64,000 bases of DNA, from the NCBI GenBank assembly GCA_965217845.1, contig OZ244573.1, positions 688,806 to 752,805 on the forward strand, in the 5' to 3' direction. How positions within the stretch are numbered: the stretch's first letter is position 1; each line of letters starts with the position of its first letter. Below, piece by piece: positions 9,891 to 20,692 of the stretch. This DNA comes from Chloroflexota bacterium (lineage in GTDB: Bacteria > Chloroflexota > UBA11872 > VXNJ01). The translations under genes and the position numbers were made by a program. Under the pieces are notes generated by a model. The model made no database searches. It was not told the origin of the DNA and saw nothing but the letters and a program-made list of their open reading frames with translations.

Positions 9891-11210
9891 CTAGCGCGTG
9901 CGCACGCCGGCGCGGATCAGTACTTCCTGTTCGAGGCGCTCGCGGCAACGCTGGTCGGACACCCGGGCCAGCACCGGTTCGACGTAGCCACGGATCGCCA
10001 GGCCCTCGGCCACCGCGCGCGAAAAGCCGCGGCTCATCAAATAGAAGAGTTCTTCCTCATCGATCCGTCCGATCGTGGCCCCGTGGGTGCAGCGCACGTC
10101 GTAAGTGCGAATCTCCATACCCGGGATCGAATCGGCGCGGGCCTGTTTCGACAGCAGCAGGTTGTCGTTCTGCTGGTAGGTGTTGCTCTGCCCGGCGGTG
10201 TCGGCGATTTGGATCGTTCCGTAGAAGACCGAACGCGAACGCTCGCGCAGGACTCCCTTGTAGAAAAGATTCGAGTAGGTGTGATCGCCGTCGTGGATCT
10301 GGCGGGTCTCATGATCGATGTGGCGTCGTCCGTCGAGCAGCGTCAGCCCCCAGACCTGCCCTTCCGAACCGCGTTCGGGGAATGAGATCTCGGTATAGGA
10401 CTTGGCCAGCGCGGCGCCGAGCGAGAACTGGCACAGATTCACGTGCGCATCGCGCCCCGACCGGGTCCGGGTTTGGGCAAAGGCGGCCGTGTGCAGGCCC
10501 CAGTACTGAACGTGTTCGTAGTTGAGGGTGGCCCGGTCGCCGACGTAGACGTAAGTCGTCGGGCAGACCAGGGTTTCATCGTCGAGCGTTGCCGAGGAGT
10601 ACTCCTCGACCAATTCGACGCTGGCCCCGTCGTCGACCCAGATCAACAGTCGCGGGAAAACCGCGATCCGGCTGCGGGTGGTGGCGATCAGGCTGTGCAG
10701 CGGCGCCTCGACCTGGAGCCCCGGCGGAACGTAGATGAAGAGCCCGCCATTCCAGAACGCGCCGTTGAGGGTGGCAAATTTCTCGAGCGAACTTGCCGGT
10801 TGCTCGTCCAAACCCGGAAATCTTTCCAGCAGTTCGGGATACTGAATGACCGCCTGGGCCAGCGAGCAGAAAATCAACCCCGAACCGGCCAGTTCAGCGT
10901 CGAGCTCAACCGCCGGATCCTGCCAGTCGACCTGGACGCTGCGCCCGCCGAACCAGTCCGGCTCAAACATCCCGGCCGGCGCTTGGGCCGGGGAGGAACT
11001 TCCCCACGGGGCGAAATCATCCGGATCTATCCCGCGCAGGTCGGTGCGGCGCCAGGTTTCGTCGGTGATCTTGGGCAACGGCGTGTCCAAGTATTTGCGC
11101 CAGTTGGCCAGGCGCTGGTCAAGGAGCCATTCCGGCTCCTGGCCCTTTTCGGCGTGGGCGCGGACGAGCTCGGCGCTGGGGCGCGTTTCTAGGGTCGGTG
11201 AAATCGCCAT
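9891..11210 (-). CDS. sufD: Fe-S cluster assembly protein SufD
   Basis: 439 aa SufB/SufD beta-helix family without the SufB Cys motifs. Sits between sufB and sufS. Confidence 0.9.
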   Translation of the reverse strand: MAISPTLETRPSAELVRAHAEKGQEPEWLLDQRLANWRKYLDTPLPKITDETWRRTDLRGIDPDDFAPWGSSSPAQAPAGMFEPDWFGGRSVQVDWQDPAVELDAELAGSGLIFCSLAQAVIQYPELLERFPGLDEQPASSLEKFATLNGAFWNGGLFIYVPPGLQVEAPLHSLIATTRSRIAVFPRLLIWVDDGASVELVEEYSSATLDDETLVCPTTYVYVGDRATLNYEHVQYWGLHTAAFAQTRTRSGRDAHVNLCQFSLGAALAKSYTEISFPERGSEGQVWGLTLLDGRRHIDHETRQIHDGDHTYSNLFYKGVLRERSRSVFYGTIQIADTAGQSNTYQQNDNLLLSKQARADSIPGMEIRTYDVRCTHGATIGRIDEEELFYLMSRGFSRAVAEGLAIRGYVEPVLARVSDQRCRERLEQEVLIRAGVRTR

Positions 11211-11291
11211 TGGCGGTTCGGTAGGTCCTGAATTAGTTGGTGGAAACGGGATCGGTTGCGGGTTGGGAACCCGGGGTGGAGGCGGTGGCGG

Positions 11292-12713
11292 TCAGCCGAC
11301 CGACCCTTCCATCTCGAGCTCGATGAGTCGGTTCATCTCGACCGCATACTCCATCGGCAACTGCTTGATGAACTCTTCGAAGAACCCGGTAACAATCACC
11401 GAGGTGGCCTTCTCCTCGGATAGGCCACGGCTCATCAGGTAGAAGATCTCCTCGTCGCCGATCTTGGAAACAGTTGCCTCGTGGCCGATCTGGGAGTCCT
11501 CTTCGGATATTTCGATGTAGGGGTAGGTGTCGGTCTTGGAATCGGGCGTGAGCAGCATCGCGTCGCAGCGCACGAACGACTTCGAACCGACCGCGTTGGG
11601 CTCGACCTTGAGCAGGCCGCGATAGGTTGCCCGGCCGGTGCCGTTGGAGATCGACTTGGATGTGATCGTAGACGATGTGTTGGGAGCGGCGTGGACGATC
11701 TTGGCGCCAGCGTCCTGGTGCTGGTTGGTGTTGGCGTAGGCGACCGACAGGACCTCGCCGCGGGCGCGTTCGCCCAGCAGGTGGATGGCCGGGTACTTCA
11801 TCGTGACCTTGGAGCCGATATTGCCATCGATCCATTCGACGGCCGCACCGGCATCGGCGGTGGCCCGCTTGGTGACCAGGTTGTAGACGTTGTTGGACCA
11901 GTTCTGAATGGTCGTGTAGCGGACGTGCGAATCCTCGTGGGCGATGATCTCGACCACCGCCGAGTGCAGCGAATTGCGCGCGTAGACCGGCGCGGTGCAG
12001 CCCTCGATGTAGTGGACCGAGCCGCCGGGCTCGCAGATGATCAGGGTCCGCTCGAACTGGCCTGCCGATTCGGCGTTGATGCGGAAGTAGGCCTGCAGCG
12101 GCAGATCGACGTGAACCCCGGTGGGGACGTAGACGAAGCTCCCGCCGCTCCAGACGGCGGTGTTTAAGGAGGCGAACTTGTTGTCGTTGTAGGGAATGAT
12201 GGTGGCGAAGTACTTTTTCACCAGGTCCGGGTACTCGCGCAGGCCGCCGTCCATGTCGAGGAAGATCACACCCTGCTCGGAGAGCTGCTCCTGCAGGTTG
12301 TGATAGACGACCTCGGAGTCATACTGAGCCCCGACCCCGGCCAGGAATTTCTTCTCGGCTTCCGGGATCCCCAGGCGGTCGAAGGTGTTCTTGATGTACT
12401 CGGGGACGTCGTCCCAGTTGTCTTCGGACCCGCGGTCGGTGGCGCGCACGTAGTAGCGGATCTTTTCGAAATCGATCTCGGACAGGTCCGCGCCCCAGGT
12501 CGGCATTGGGCGCGCGGCGAATTCGGCGAAGGCCTTCAGACGCAGATCGAGCATCCACTGCGGCTCGTTCTTTATCGCCGAGATCTGGCGGACAACGCCC
12601 TCATTCAGGCCCGGTTCGGTGATGAAGTCGGCCTTTTCGTCGTCGTGAAACCCGTACTTGTAATCGAAATCGATATTGGTGTCGGGCGGTTTGATCAAGT
12701 TTTCAGTTGCCAT
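11292..12713 (-). CDS. sufB: Fe-S cluster assembly protein SufB
   Basis: 473 aa with highly conserved SufB core ([25 protein letters not shown]). Upstream of sufD and downstream of sufC. Confidence 0.95.
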   Translation of the reverse strand: MATENLIKPPDTNIDFDYKYGFHDDEKADFITEPGLNEGVVRQISAIKNEPQWMLDLRLKAFAEFAARPMPTWGADLSEIDFEKIRYYVRATDRGSEDNWDDVPEYIKNTFDRLGIPEAEKKFLAGVGAQYDSEVVYHNLQEQLSEQGVIFLDMDGGLREYPDLVKKYFATIIPYNDNKFASLNTAVWSGGSFVYVPTGVHVDLPLQAYFRINAESAGQFERTLIICEPGGSVHYIEGCTAPVYARNSLHSAVVEIIAHEDSHVRYTTIQNWSNNVYNLVTKRATADAGAAVEWIDGNIGSKVTMKYPAIHLLGERARGEVLSVAYANTNQHQDAGAKIVHAAPNTSSTITSKSISNGTGRATYRGLLKVEPNAVGSKSFVRCDAMLLTPDSKTDTYPYIEISEEDSQIGHEATVSKIGDEEIFYLMSRGLSEEKATSVIVTGFFEEFIKQLPMEYAVEMNRLIELEMEGSVG

Positions 12714-12715
12714 CT

Positions 12716-13477
<762 letters not shown>

Positions 13478-13594
13478 GCCCTATGAATCGATTGCAGCGG
13501 GGTACGGAAAGGCCCTGCAGAAGCGCCTTTTAGGCGTATTTTGCAGGCTCATCCCTAGTTTATTGAGGTTTTCGCGCCTACCTCTTAACAGGGG

Positions 13595-14476
13595 CTAATC
13601 CAAGCCCGGGTTTTGCGGCTGCCAGGGCCATTGCGGCTGCGGCGCCGGAGTCGAGGCCACGACTCCAAACTGGCGCGCATCGCGCGCGCAGCCGGCCGGG
13701 TCGGTTCGCATGATCACGTCCAGCCTTTCGACGTCGTCGCCGAGCGGGGCTAGGGCGGCGCAGATTGCATCGAATTCGCCCTGCTGGTATGCGTAGCGGT
13801 CGCGCATCAGCGGGTCCTCGGCCTGGCGCGCAAACGCGCCCTTCGAACGCCCGTGCAGGCGTGCCACCCCGACGTCCAGGCGGGCGGTGGCGCAGGTGAG
13901 CGGCGGGGCGGCGGGAACGACTTCGAAATCAGCTGCCACCAGCGCGATCTCAAGGTCGATCAAGAGCTCCTGGGTCCGCTGCAGGCGCTCGCGCCCCTCC
14001 AGCCAGGACGGATCCCGCAATTCGGCCGCCAGCGGCAGCCCCGGCAGGTTGGCGCGGCACTTACCCAGGTAGTCTTCGGACTCGGCGCTGGCCCCGAAAT
14101 AGGCCGGGAATTGCAATGTCACCGCCGCCAGTTTGGGCCCCAGCGGTTCAAGCGCGGCGGCAAATTCGGCGAACATGAAGTCCGGCGGCGCGACCGCGTA
14201 ATCGCGCCAGCTCACGCCCGGCAGCGGCCTGGCGCCGGGGCGCAACTGGTGCAGGCAGAGGCCGCCGAAGGCCAGCGCGTGAAATCTGAAATCCTCACCA
14301 ACCGCGGCGGCCCAGTCGGCGATGCGGTCGCCGCCGGGCACGCCCTGGAAGGTGGAGTCGATCTCCAGCAGCGAAAACTCCTCGGCGTAAACGGCCAGCA
14401 TCTCGGCCTCGCGGGTACGCGGCGGATAGAAGTCGGCCAGGTGCCGCCAACCCGATGTACCGACATTGAGCGCCAT
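13595..14476 (-). CDS. DUF72 (YecE-like) family protein
   Basis: 293 aa. The N-terminus (VGTSGW) resembles the conserved DUF72 N-terminal motif (my recollection: IGTSGW) and the length fits the family. Confidence 0.7.
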   Translation of the reverse strand: MALNVGTSGWRHLADFYPPRTREAEMLAVYAEEFSLLEIDSTFQGVPGGDRIADWAAAVGEDFRFHALAFGGLCLHQLRPGARPLPGVSWRDYAVAPPDFMFAEFAAALEPLGPKLAAVTLQFPAYFGASAESEDYLGKCRANLPGLPLAAELRDPSWLEGRERLQRTQELLIDLEIALVAADFEVVPAAPPLTCATARLDVGVARLHGRSKGAFARQAEDPLMRDRYAYQQGEFDAICAALAPLGDDVERLDVIMRTDPAGCARDARQFGVVASTPAPQPQWPWQPQNPGLD

Positions 14477-14503
14477 CTTCGTGCGGATCCGATTCCCTTG
14501 GGG

Positions 14504-15745
14504 CTAGGCCCCGAATTTGACCAATCGCCCGGCCGTGGCCAGGAGCGTAGGCAGCACTGCGCGGGCCGGCATATGTCCTAACCCGCCACCGCTGCAGGCG
14601 CGTTCGCCGAAGCTCTCGACGCGATCGGGCAGGGCCTGCTCGCCGGCGATGAGCAGCGGCACCGGGTGCCAGGAGTGCTGGCGCAGCGCCGCCGGGGTCG
14701 AATGATCGCCGGTCACCGCGATCGCGGCCGGCCCCAGCTCCAGTAGTTGCGGCAGGCCGGCGTCCACTTCCTCGATCGCCTGCGACTTGGCCTCCCAGTC
14801 GCCGTCCTCGCCGGCGGCGTCAGAGGCCTTGTAGTGGAGGAAGAAGAAGTCGTAATCGGCCCAGGCTTGGGCAACCGCCCGCAGTTGGCCAGGGAACGTG
14901 TCTCCGGTATCGAGGATGTCCATTCCGGCGATCGCGGCCAGGCCCTTGTACATCGGGTAGGAGGCCGAACAGGCGCCCCGTACCCGCCAGGTTTCCTGCA
15001 GCGGAACCAGTCGTGGAGAGCTCGCATAGCCGCGCATGAGGACGAAATTGGCCGGCTGCAGCGCGCCGATCCGTTCCTTGACCACCTCCAGGAAACGGGC
15101 CAGCACCGCGGCGGTTTCGCTCGCGTCGGTGGTTAGTGCGTCCGGGGTCAGGGGGGGAACCCCGACCGACTGCGGGTCGGTTTCGCGGACCCTGTCGCTA
15201 AAGCCCGCCCCGCGCAGCACCAGGACCGCGCGGTGCGCGCTCTCGGTGGCCAGTTCATAGGGGCAGCCGATGTCGTGGCCGGAGAGTTCGGCCACCAGCT
15301 GGCGGTTGAGCTCGCTGGCAATCCGGCCGGCGCGGCGGTCGGCGACGGTGCCGTCGGCTTCCAGGGTGCAGAAGTTGAGGCGGACGCCCAAATCCCCCTC
15401 GCCCAGTCCCAGGCCGATGCCGATGGCCGAAAGGGCCCCGCGACCGATGTTGCTGGCGATCGGGTCGTAACCGAACAGGGCCAGATGCCCGGGCCCCGAT
15501 CCCGGCGTGATCCCGGGCCCGATCGGGACCGACAGGCCGGTGGCGGCATCCCGGGCCAGGGCATCGAGGTTGGGCGTGCGGGCGGCCTCGAGTTCGGTCA
15601 GGCCGGTCCGCTGATGGGCCAGCCCGCCCAGTCCGTCGATGACCAGCAGGATCAGCTTGCCGGGACCAGGACGGGCGAGCTGCTTATAGGTGTCGGCGGA
15701 AATCATCGCGGTACGCTGCGGGACGAATCTGCGGGGCGGGGGCAA
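14504..15745 (-). CDS. apgM: 2,3-bisphosphoglycerate-independent phosphoglycerate mutase, archaeal type (ApgM family)
   Basis: 413 aa with metal-ligand motifs of the ApgM/alkaline-phosphatase superfamily (ILLVIDGLGG, VTGDHSTP). An alternative start at Met-14 (15706) is possible. Confidence 0.8.
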   Translation of the reverse strand: MPPPRRFVPQRTAMISADTYKQLARPGPGKLILLVIDGLGGLAHQRTGLTELEAARTPNLDALARDAATGLSVPIGPGITPGSGPGHLALFGYDPIASNIGRGALSAIGIGLGLGEGDLGVRLNFCTLEADGTVADRRAGRIASELNRQLVAELSGHDIGCPYELATESAHRAVLVLRGAGFSDRVRETDPQSVGVPPLTPDALTTDASETAAVLARFLEVVKERIGALQPANFVLMRGYASSPRLVPLQETWRVRGACSASYPMYKGLAAIAGMDILDTGDTFPGQLRAVAQAWADYDFFFLHYKASDAAGEDGDWEAKSQAIEEVDAGLPQLLELGPAAIAVTGDHSTPAALRQHSWHPVPLLIAGEQALPDRVESFGERACSGGGLGHMPARAVLPTLLATAGRLVKFGA

Positions 15746-15908
15746 ATCATGTTACGCGCTGCCGCCGGCATCCGGCATCGCCGGGCTGGCTGGCGCGGGC
15801 TATTGTTAACTATATTGGTCAGATTAGTAGGTAATTGCCCGCCGCGGGCTCTGCCGGAGACTCGGCCGCCGCGGCTTCTTTGCGACCCCAATCCGAGCGA
15901 AGGCACTG

Positions 15909-16247
15909 TTGGCAATGGCGGATCTATTCCTGGTCGAAGTTTCAGACCCGGTCGGCGGCGGTGTCGAATCGGTGTTCGACCAGATCGCGGCCGCGGCCGC
16001 CAACGGCGAGTTGATCGAAGTCCAGTACGGACGCGACCTCGGGGTCGTGTACGGGATCATCGAGCACCGCAATGCAATTGCGCTGGCAGCGCTGCTGCGC
16101 CAGAACAGACTCGAATTCGAAGAAGTCGTGCCGGTGCGCCTGGTAGGCGCGAGCCTGGAAGCCGTCAAGGCGCGGCGCGGCGCTTACCTGCCCGCGCATC
16201 CCGGCAATGGCTACCGGGACCGGGCCGGCCGGCCTGCTAGAACCTAG
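15909..16247 (+). CDS. hypothetical protein
   Basis: 112-aa ORF divergent from apgM with an AT-richer promoter-like region upstream. No recognisable domain. Its coding status rests only on ORF length and its position not opposite a real gene. Confidence 0.3.
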   Translation: MAMADLFLVEVSDPVGGGVESVFDQIAAAAANGELIEVQYGRDLGVVYGIIEHRNAIALAALLRQNRLEFEEVVPVRLVGASLEAVKARRGAYLPAHPGNGYRDRAGRPART

Positions 16248-16343
16248 CGCGGACAGTTTCAGTCCGCACAGACTAGCTGCGGCCGGCGTCGCCGCGCGAG
16301 AACCCTCGCGCGCAGCGTCGCCATCGCAAGGTGAGGGGCGACG

Positions 16344-17195
16344 ATGCGATACGAGATGGGATCTGCGGGCGGGAATCGATTCGGTGGAACCGCTCTGGCC
16401 GCCGGATTAGCCGCGCTCGCGGCGCTGCTGCTGCTGGCCCTTCCCAGCACCGCCGGCGGCGGCGGACCGTCGCCCGACACGCTGCCGCCGGTCTTTGGGG
16501 AACCGGCCGCGAAGTTGCCCTCGACGATGCTCACGGTGGAGGGCACGGCGTCACGCAGCGCCAGTTATGACGGCGCTGTGGGCCGCTTTGCAGTCAGCGT
16601 GCTGCGCGATTCGATCGTCGCCGCAGTTTCCGATGGCAACGCCGCCGTGGCCGAGATTGCCGACGCAGTGGAGGCCAACTGCACTGCCGCAGAGGCCGCC
16701 GACATCTCTTCGACCACCGCCTGCATCTCCCCCAGCGGGCTGCAAACGGTGGGAATCCGGATCCAAGAGGAGTTCGACTACACCGACCAGGGTCGGGTCT
16801 CGAAGGGGTTCCGCTACGAGAACCGACTCAGCATCGCAATCGGTGGCACCGGGTTCGCCGGCGGCCTGGTCGACCTGGTCATCAGAGCGGGCGGCGATGC
16901 GGTGCGCTTTGAGGGCCTCGATTTCACCACTTCGAAGCGCAAGGAGATTGAGCGTCTGGCGCTGCTGGACGCCATCGACAGCGCCCGCTTTACCGCCAAT
17001 GCCATCGCCGATCACATGGGCTATGCAATCGTCCGCATCGTCGATCTGAATCGGCACCAGTCATACGAGGTCGAAGCCGTGGTCGCGGAGGCCGGTTCGG
17101 AAGCCGCGGGAGCTTTCGTGCCCACCGACGTGTTCGCCGGCCAAGCGGTGATTACTTCGCGCATTTCAATGACCTTCGAATTGCGCCCGTTGTAA
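16344..17195 (+). CDS. SIMPL-domain (DUF541) secreted protein
   Basis: 283 aa with N-terminal signal peptide. The C-terminal region resembles the SIMPL/26 kDa periplasmic immunogenic protein family, including LALLDAIDSARFTANAIADHMGYAIVRI. Confidence 0.7.
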   Translation: MRYEMGSAGGNRFGGTALAAGLAALAALLLLALPSTAGGGGPSPDTLPPVFGEPAAKLPSTMLTVEGTASRSASYDGAVGRFAVSVLRDSIVAAVSDGNAAVAEIADAVEANCTAAEAADISSTTACISPSGLQTVGIRIQEEFDYTDQGRVSKGFRYENRLSIAIGGTGFAGGLVDLVIRAGGDAVRFEGLDFTTSKRKEIERLALLDAIDSARFTANAIADHMGYAIVRIVDLNRHQSYEVEAVVAEAGSEAAGAFVPTDVFAGQAVITSRISMTFELRPL

Positions 17196-17341
17196 GGTGC
17201 CCGCGCCCCAAGGGTGATGGATGGGTTGGCCAAACTGCAAAATAATTTGGCACCGCCCAAATTGAAGGCCAGCTTATTCGCACCGCCGTTCCGCCTGCCG
17301 CCCCGGTCAGAGTAGAGCGGCGCGAGTACAGCAAGCAGGCC

Positions 17342-18640
17342 ATGCTGGCCTTCTTTGTTCCGGTAGCGCTCTCCTCGTTGGTCGCCGGCCTGCGTGGTCC
17401 GGTGCTGGACGCGGGGTTGGCACGGACTTCGGAACCGGTCCTGGCGCTGGCCGGGTTTGCGGCGGTGTCCTCGCTGATCTTCGTCCTGCACACCTCCAGC
17501 CAGGTGCAGCAGAGCGTGTTTCTGGTTTATGCAAACGGCCGCGAGTCCTTTAGGCGGGTGGTGCGGTTCAGCGTTTACGGCGGCCTGGCAGCTTGTGCGG
17601 TGGCCCTTATTGCAGCCGTGCCGCTGGTCTCCGGCCTGATCCTGGAGCAGGCCATGGGGGCCACTGCGGCGGTGGCCGAATACGCCCACCCGTCGCTAGT
17701 GGTGCTCCTGCTGCTTATCCCGCCGCTGATGATTGCCCGCGGTTTTTTCCAGAGCGTGCTGCTGCAGCGCCGCCAGGCGCGGCGCATCACCTTTGCCACC
17801 TTCGGTGGGGTGGCGGTGTTGGTTCCGGCGGGGCTGCTGTTCGTGCCCCTGGCGCCGATCAACGGCGCCCTGGCAGCATCGCTGGCGCTGGTGGGCGTGA
17901 CCTTGGCGGAGAGCATTCTGTTGGCCTATTTCGCCTTGTCCGAGCTGCGGTCCCGTCCCTTCCCGCAAGCCGAGAGCGCCCCCCTGCCATCGATGGGTGA
18001 CTTACTCCGCTTTGGCTGGCCGTTGCTGCTTTCGATGCTGGCGATGTCGGGCTCGACGCCACTGGTTACGGCCGGGATATTCCGGCTCGATGATGGCGTG
18101 ACCGCGGTGGCCGGATTCCGGGTCGCCTGGGGCATTGCGGTCTTGGGGCTCAGTCTTACGCTGGCGGTCCGCCAGACGGCATTGGTGATGTCCAAATACC
18201 CCGAGAGTCACCACCAGGGGAGGGCTTTCTCAGCCATTGTCGGGTCGGTGGTGGCGGCTGGCCTGGTGCTGTTAACTACCGGCCCCATCGGAGATTTCGT
18301 GCTGCTGACAGTGATCGGGATCACTCCCGAGATTGCCGCCCAGGCGCGGCCGGCGGCCTGGGCGCTGGCGGTCGTGCCGTTTCTGCTCGGCTTTCGCCAG
18401 TTCTTCATCGCGTTGCTGATGCACCAGGGGCTTTCAAAGCGTGTCGGCGTGGGATCGCTGTCCCGGGTTGTGGTGATGATGATCGTGATTTTCGGGGTCG
18501 CCCCGTTGGTTCCCGTGGCCGGGGCGGCGATGGGTGGCCTGGCGCGCCTGGGCGGGCAACTTACTGAGACGGTGGTGACCTGGCGCCTGGGCCAACCTTG
18601 GTTCGGACGTGAACCGCTGTCGACCGCGCGCAGGGACTGA
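17342..18640 (+). CDS. MOP-superfamily polytopic membrane exporter/flippase (MATE/Wzx/MurJ-like)
   Basis: 432 aa with about 12 predicted TM helices and a two-fold internal repeat. Family assignment within MOP is not resolvable by eye. Confidence 0.5.
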   Translation: MLAFFVPVALSSLVAGLRGPVLDAGLARTSEPVLALAGFAAVSSLIFVLHTSSQVQQSVFLVYANGRESFRRVVRFSVYGGLAACAVALIAAVPLVSGLILEQAMGATAAVAEYAHPSLVVLLLLIPPLMIARGFFQSVLLQRRQARRITFATFGGVAVLVPAGLLFVPLAPINGALAASLALVGVTLAESILLAYFALSELRSRPFPQAESAPLPSMGDLLRFGWPLLLSMLAMSGSTPLVTAGIFRLDDGVTAVAGFRVAWGIAVLGLSLTLAVRQTALVMSKYPESHHQGRAFSAIVGSVVAAGLVLLTTGPIGDFVLLTVIGITPEIAAQARPAAWALAVVPFLLGFRQFFIALLMHQGLSKRVGVGSLSRVVVMMIVIFGVAPLVPVAGAAMGGLARLGGQLTETVVTWRLGQPWFGREPLSTARRD

Positions 18641-18645
18641 AGCAG

Positions 18646-19323
18646 ATGTTTGGTTTGTCGGGCCCAGCACCTCTAAAACAGGCCGTGGTGGCCCTCGACG
18701 GGCCGCTTGCCGCGGACCCGTTGGTCATGCAGGTACTAAATGCCGCCGACCTGGTCGTGGCTGCCGATGGGGGAGCCACCCGCCTGCAGCAACTTGGGCG
18801 GGTTGCGGACCTGGTGGTCGGTGACCTTGATTCACTGGATGCGGCCGTGGTCGCGCAGTTGGCCGCGGGCGGCGCCGTGTTCGAACGCCATCCGCGCGCC
18901 AAGGACTTGACCGATGGCGAGCTGGCCCTGCTGGCGGCGATCGAACGCGGCGCCGACCAGATCATCCTGCTGGGAGTGCTGGGCGGACCGCGCGCCGACA
19001 TGGTGCTGGCCAACCAGCTGCTGCTCTTCCACCCCCGGCTCGTCAGCGGCAGCGCGCTGGCGTTGGCGCCTCACTGGGCGATCTGGCCGCTGGATCAGGG
19101 ATCGCTCGATATTGCCGCCCTGCCGGGAGCTACCCTTTCGCTGGTGCCGATAGACGCATTCGTTGAGGGAGTTGACCTTACCGGCGTGCGCTGGCCGCTG
19201 CAAGGGGCCAAGCTGGAAGGCGGCAGGGGGCGGACCCTTTCAAACCTCGTCAGCTCCGATCGCATCCGGGCGCGCAGCCGGCGCGGCCGGATGTTGCTCT
19301 TCCTGGAGCGGTCCACCGGCTGA
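18646..19323 (+). CDS. thiamine pyrophosphokinase (TPK)
   Basis: 225 aa with the TPK catalytic motif VVGDLDSLD and a C-terminal thiamine-binding domain. Lies immediately upstream of the TPP riboswitch. Confidence 0.75.
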   Translation: MFGLSGPAPLKQAVVALDGPLAADPLVMQVLNAADLVVAADGGATRLQQLGRVADLVVGDLDSLDAAVVAQLAAGGAVFERHPRAKDLTDGELALLAAIERGADQIILLGVLGGPRADMVLANQLLLFHPRLVSGSALALAPHWAIWPLDQGSLDIAALPGATLSLVPIDAFVEGVDLTGVRWPLQGAKLEGGRGRTLSNLVSSDRIRARSRRGRMLLFLERSTG

Positions 19324-19374
19324 CTCCGCCATCCCTAGAATGGCTAGCAAATGACAACTTAATATCCGCAGGGG

Positions 19375-19464
19375 TGCTGAAAGCATCGGCTGAGAAGGAA
19401 AGCTGCAGAAGGGCTTTCCTCCCCTAATGACCTGATCCGGGTAATACCGGCGTAGGCAGACGGA
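19375..19464 (+). ncRNA. TPP (thiamine pyrophosphate) riboswitch
   Basis: Matches the THI-element core: GGGGUGC...CUGAGA (19381-19410), a variable P3, and ACCUGAUCCGGGUAAUACCGGCGUAGG (19429-19455). P1 is closed by uccg/cgga. Lies upstream of ykoF-thiXYZ. Confidence 0.8.
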
Positions 19465-19579
19465 ATCGACCGGAACTTTCGCACCGCACCGCGACATCGG
19501 TGCGGTGTTGGCCTTTCAAAAGGCAGCCTCCCCGCGCGAGAGCTATCGGTGCCCTGGCACCGGGGACGGGTTTCTGCAA

Positions 19580-19867
19580 ATGACGGCAATCATCGCAGCT
19601 TTCCAGGTGCTTCCGAGCGGAGTTGAAGACACTTACGGTTGCGTCGAGGCGGCGATCGCGGTCGTTCAGGAATCGGGGTTGCCCTACGACGTCTCCTCGT
19701 TCGAGACCACGGTCGAGGGCGAGTACGACGAACTGATGGACCTGATCAAGCGGGCCCAGCAGGCCTGCCTCGACTTCGGCGCCAGTTCGGTTCTCTGCAA
19801 CATCAAGGTGGCCAACACCCCGGCCGGCACCACCATCGTCGATCACATCGGCAAATTCCGCGATTGA
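19580..19867 (+). CDS. ykoF: YkoF/MTH1187-family thiamine-binding protein
   Basis: ATG at 19580 gives a ~95-aa DUF77/YkoF-like protein (MTAIIAAFQVLP...YDVSSFETTVEGEYDEL). The longer ORF from 19505 would overlap the riboswitch expression platform. Confidence 0.7.
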   Translation: MTAIIAAFQVLPSGVEDTYGCVEAAIAVVQESGLPYDVSSFETTVEGEYDELMDLIKRAQQACLDFGASSVLCNIKVANTPAGTTIVDHIGKFRD

Positions 19868-20631
19868 GCGAACAGTTCAAGGACCGACTCCGCACGGCCG
19901 CTCCGGCGGCCGGCCTGATCATATTCCTGCTCTGTTTCTGGCAGTTATTCGTCACCTGGCGCGAGGTTCCACGCTGGCTCCTGCCCTCGCCCCTGGCCAT
20001 CGCCCGGGCGTTCGTGGATTCGGCCGACCTGATCGCCCATCACACCCCGGTAACGCTGCTGGTGATGGCAATCGGCTTTGCGACCTCGCTGCTGGTAGGG
20101 ACCGTGGTGGCCACGGTCTGCCACCTGTTCTCTCCGGTGCGGCGGGCGGTCTACCCGCTCCTGGTCACCTCGCAGTCGGTCCCGTTCATCATCGTTGCCC
20201 CGCTGCTGGTGATCTGGTTCGGTTTCGGCCTGCTGCCGAAGCTGGTGCTGGTCACCCTGGTCTGCGCCTTTCCGATCACGGTCACGTTCCTGGAAGGCCT
20301 GCGGTCGGCCGACCACGAAGCCCTCGACCTGCTGCGTTCCATGGGGGCGGGCAAATGGGACCAGTTCCGCTTCGTGCAGCTCCCGCCGGCCCTGGCCGCC
20401 CTGGCGGCGGGCGCCAAGATAGCCGCCACCTACGCGGTGATCGGAGCCTTGATCGCCGAGTGGCTGGGAGCCAGCCGGGGCCTGGGAGTGTTCTTGATTC
20501 GCTCGATGAACTCGTTCCGCGCCGACCGCGCCCTGGCCGCGATCGTGATCGTGGTGGCCATCGCCCTTATAGCCTGGGCGGCGATCGAACTGCTCACCCG
20601 CTGGGCGATGCCCTGGCGAGCCCATCTATGA
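19864..20631 (+). CDS. thiX: ABC transporter permease, ThiX-like (HMP/thiamine-precursor uptake)
   Basis: Polytopic NitT/TauT-type permease with the EAA-like loop. TTG start at 19864 overlaps the ykoF stop (TTGA). The N-terminal part of track ORF 19639.. is a GC artefact in a different frame from ykoF. Confidence 0.8.
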   Translation: MSEQFKDRLRTAAPAAGLIIFLLCFWQLFVTWREVPRWLLPSPLAIARAFVDSADLIAHHTPVTLLVMAIGFATSLLVGTVVATVCHLFSPVRRAVYPLLVTSQSVPFIIVAPLLVIWFGFGLLPKLVLVTLVCAFPITVTFLEGLRSADHEALDLLRSMGAGKWDQFRFVQLPPALAALAAGAKIAATYAVIGALIAEWLGASRGLGVFLIRSMNSFRADRALAAIVIVVAIALIAWAAIELLTRWAMPWRAHL

Positions 20632-20692
20632 ACCGATCAAGAGTTCTCGCACGCAACCGATCCATCATGACCCCTGACCCGGAGGAATACCC

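Noticed and set aside
15760-15908. AT-richer segment (ttgttaactatattggtcagattagtaggtaattg) between apgM and ORF 15909 as a mobile element scar
   Set aside because: It is only ~40 bp, lies in a divergent promoter region, and has no flanking repeats. Ordinary promoter AT enrichment is the more likely explanation.
17196-17341. Possible sigma-54 promoter (TGGCAC) upstream of the MOP transporter gene
   Set aside because: Spacing and the -12 element (TTGC) do not fit the consensus. Only a 6-bp inverted repeat (gccaaa/tttggc) is real.
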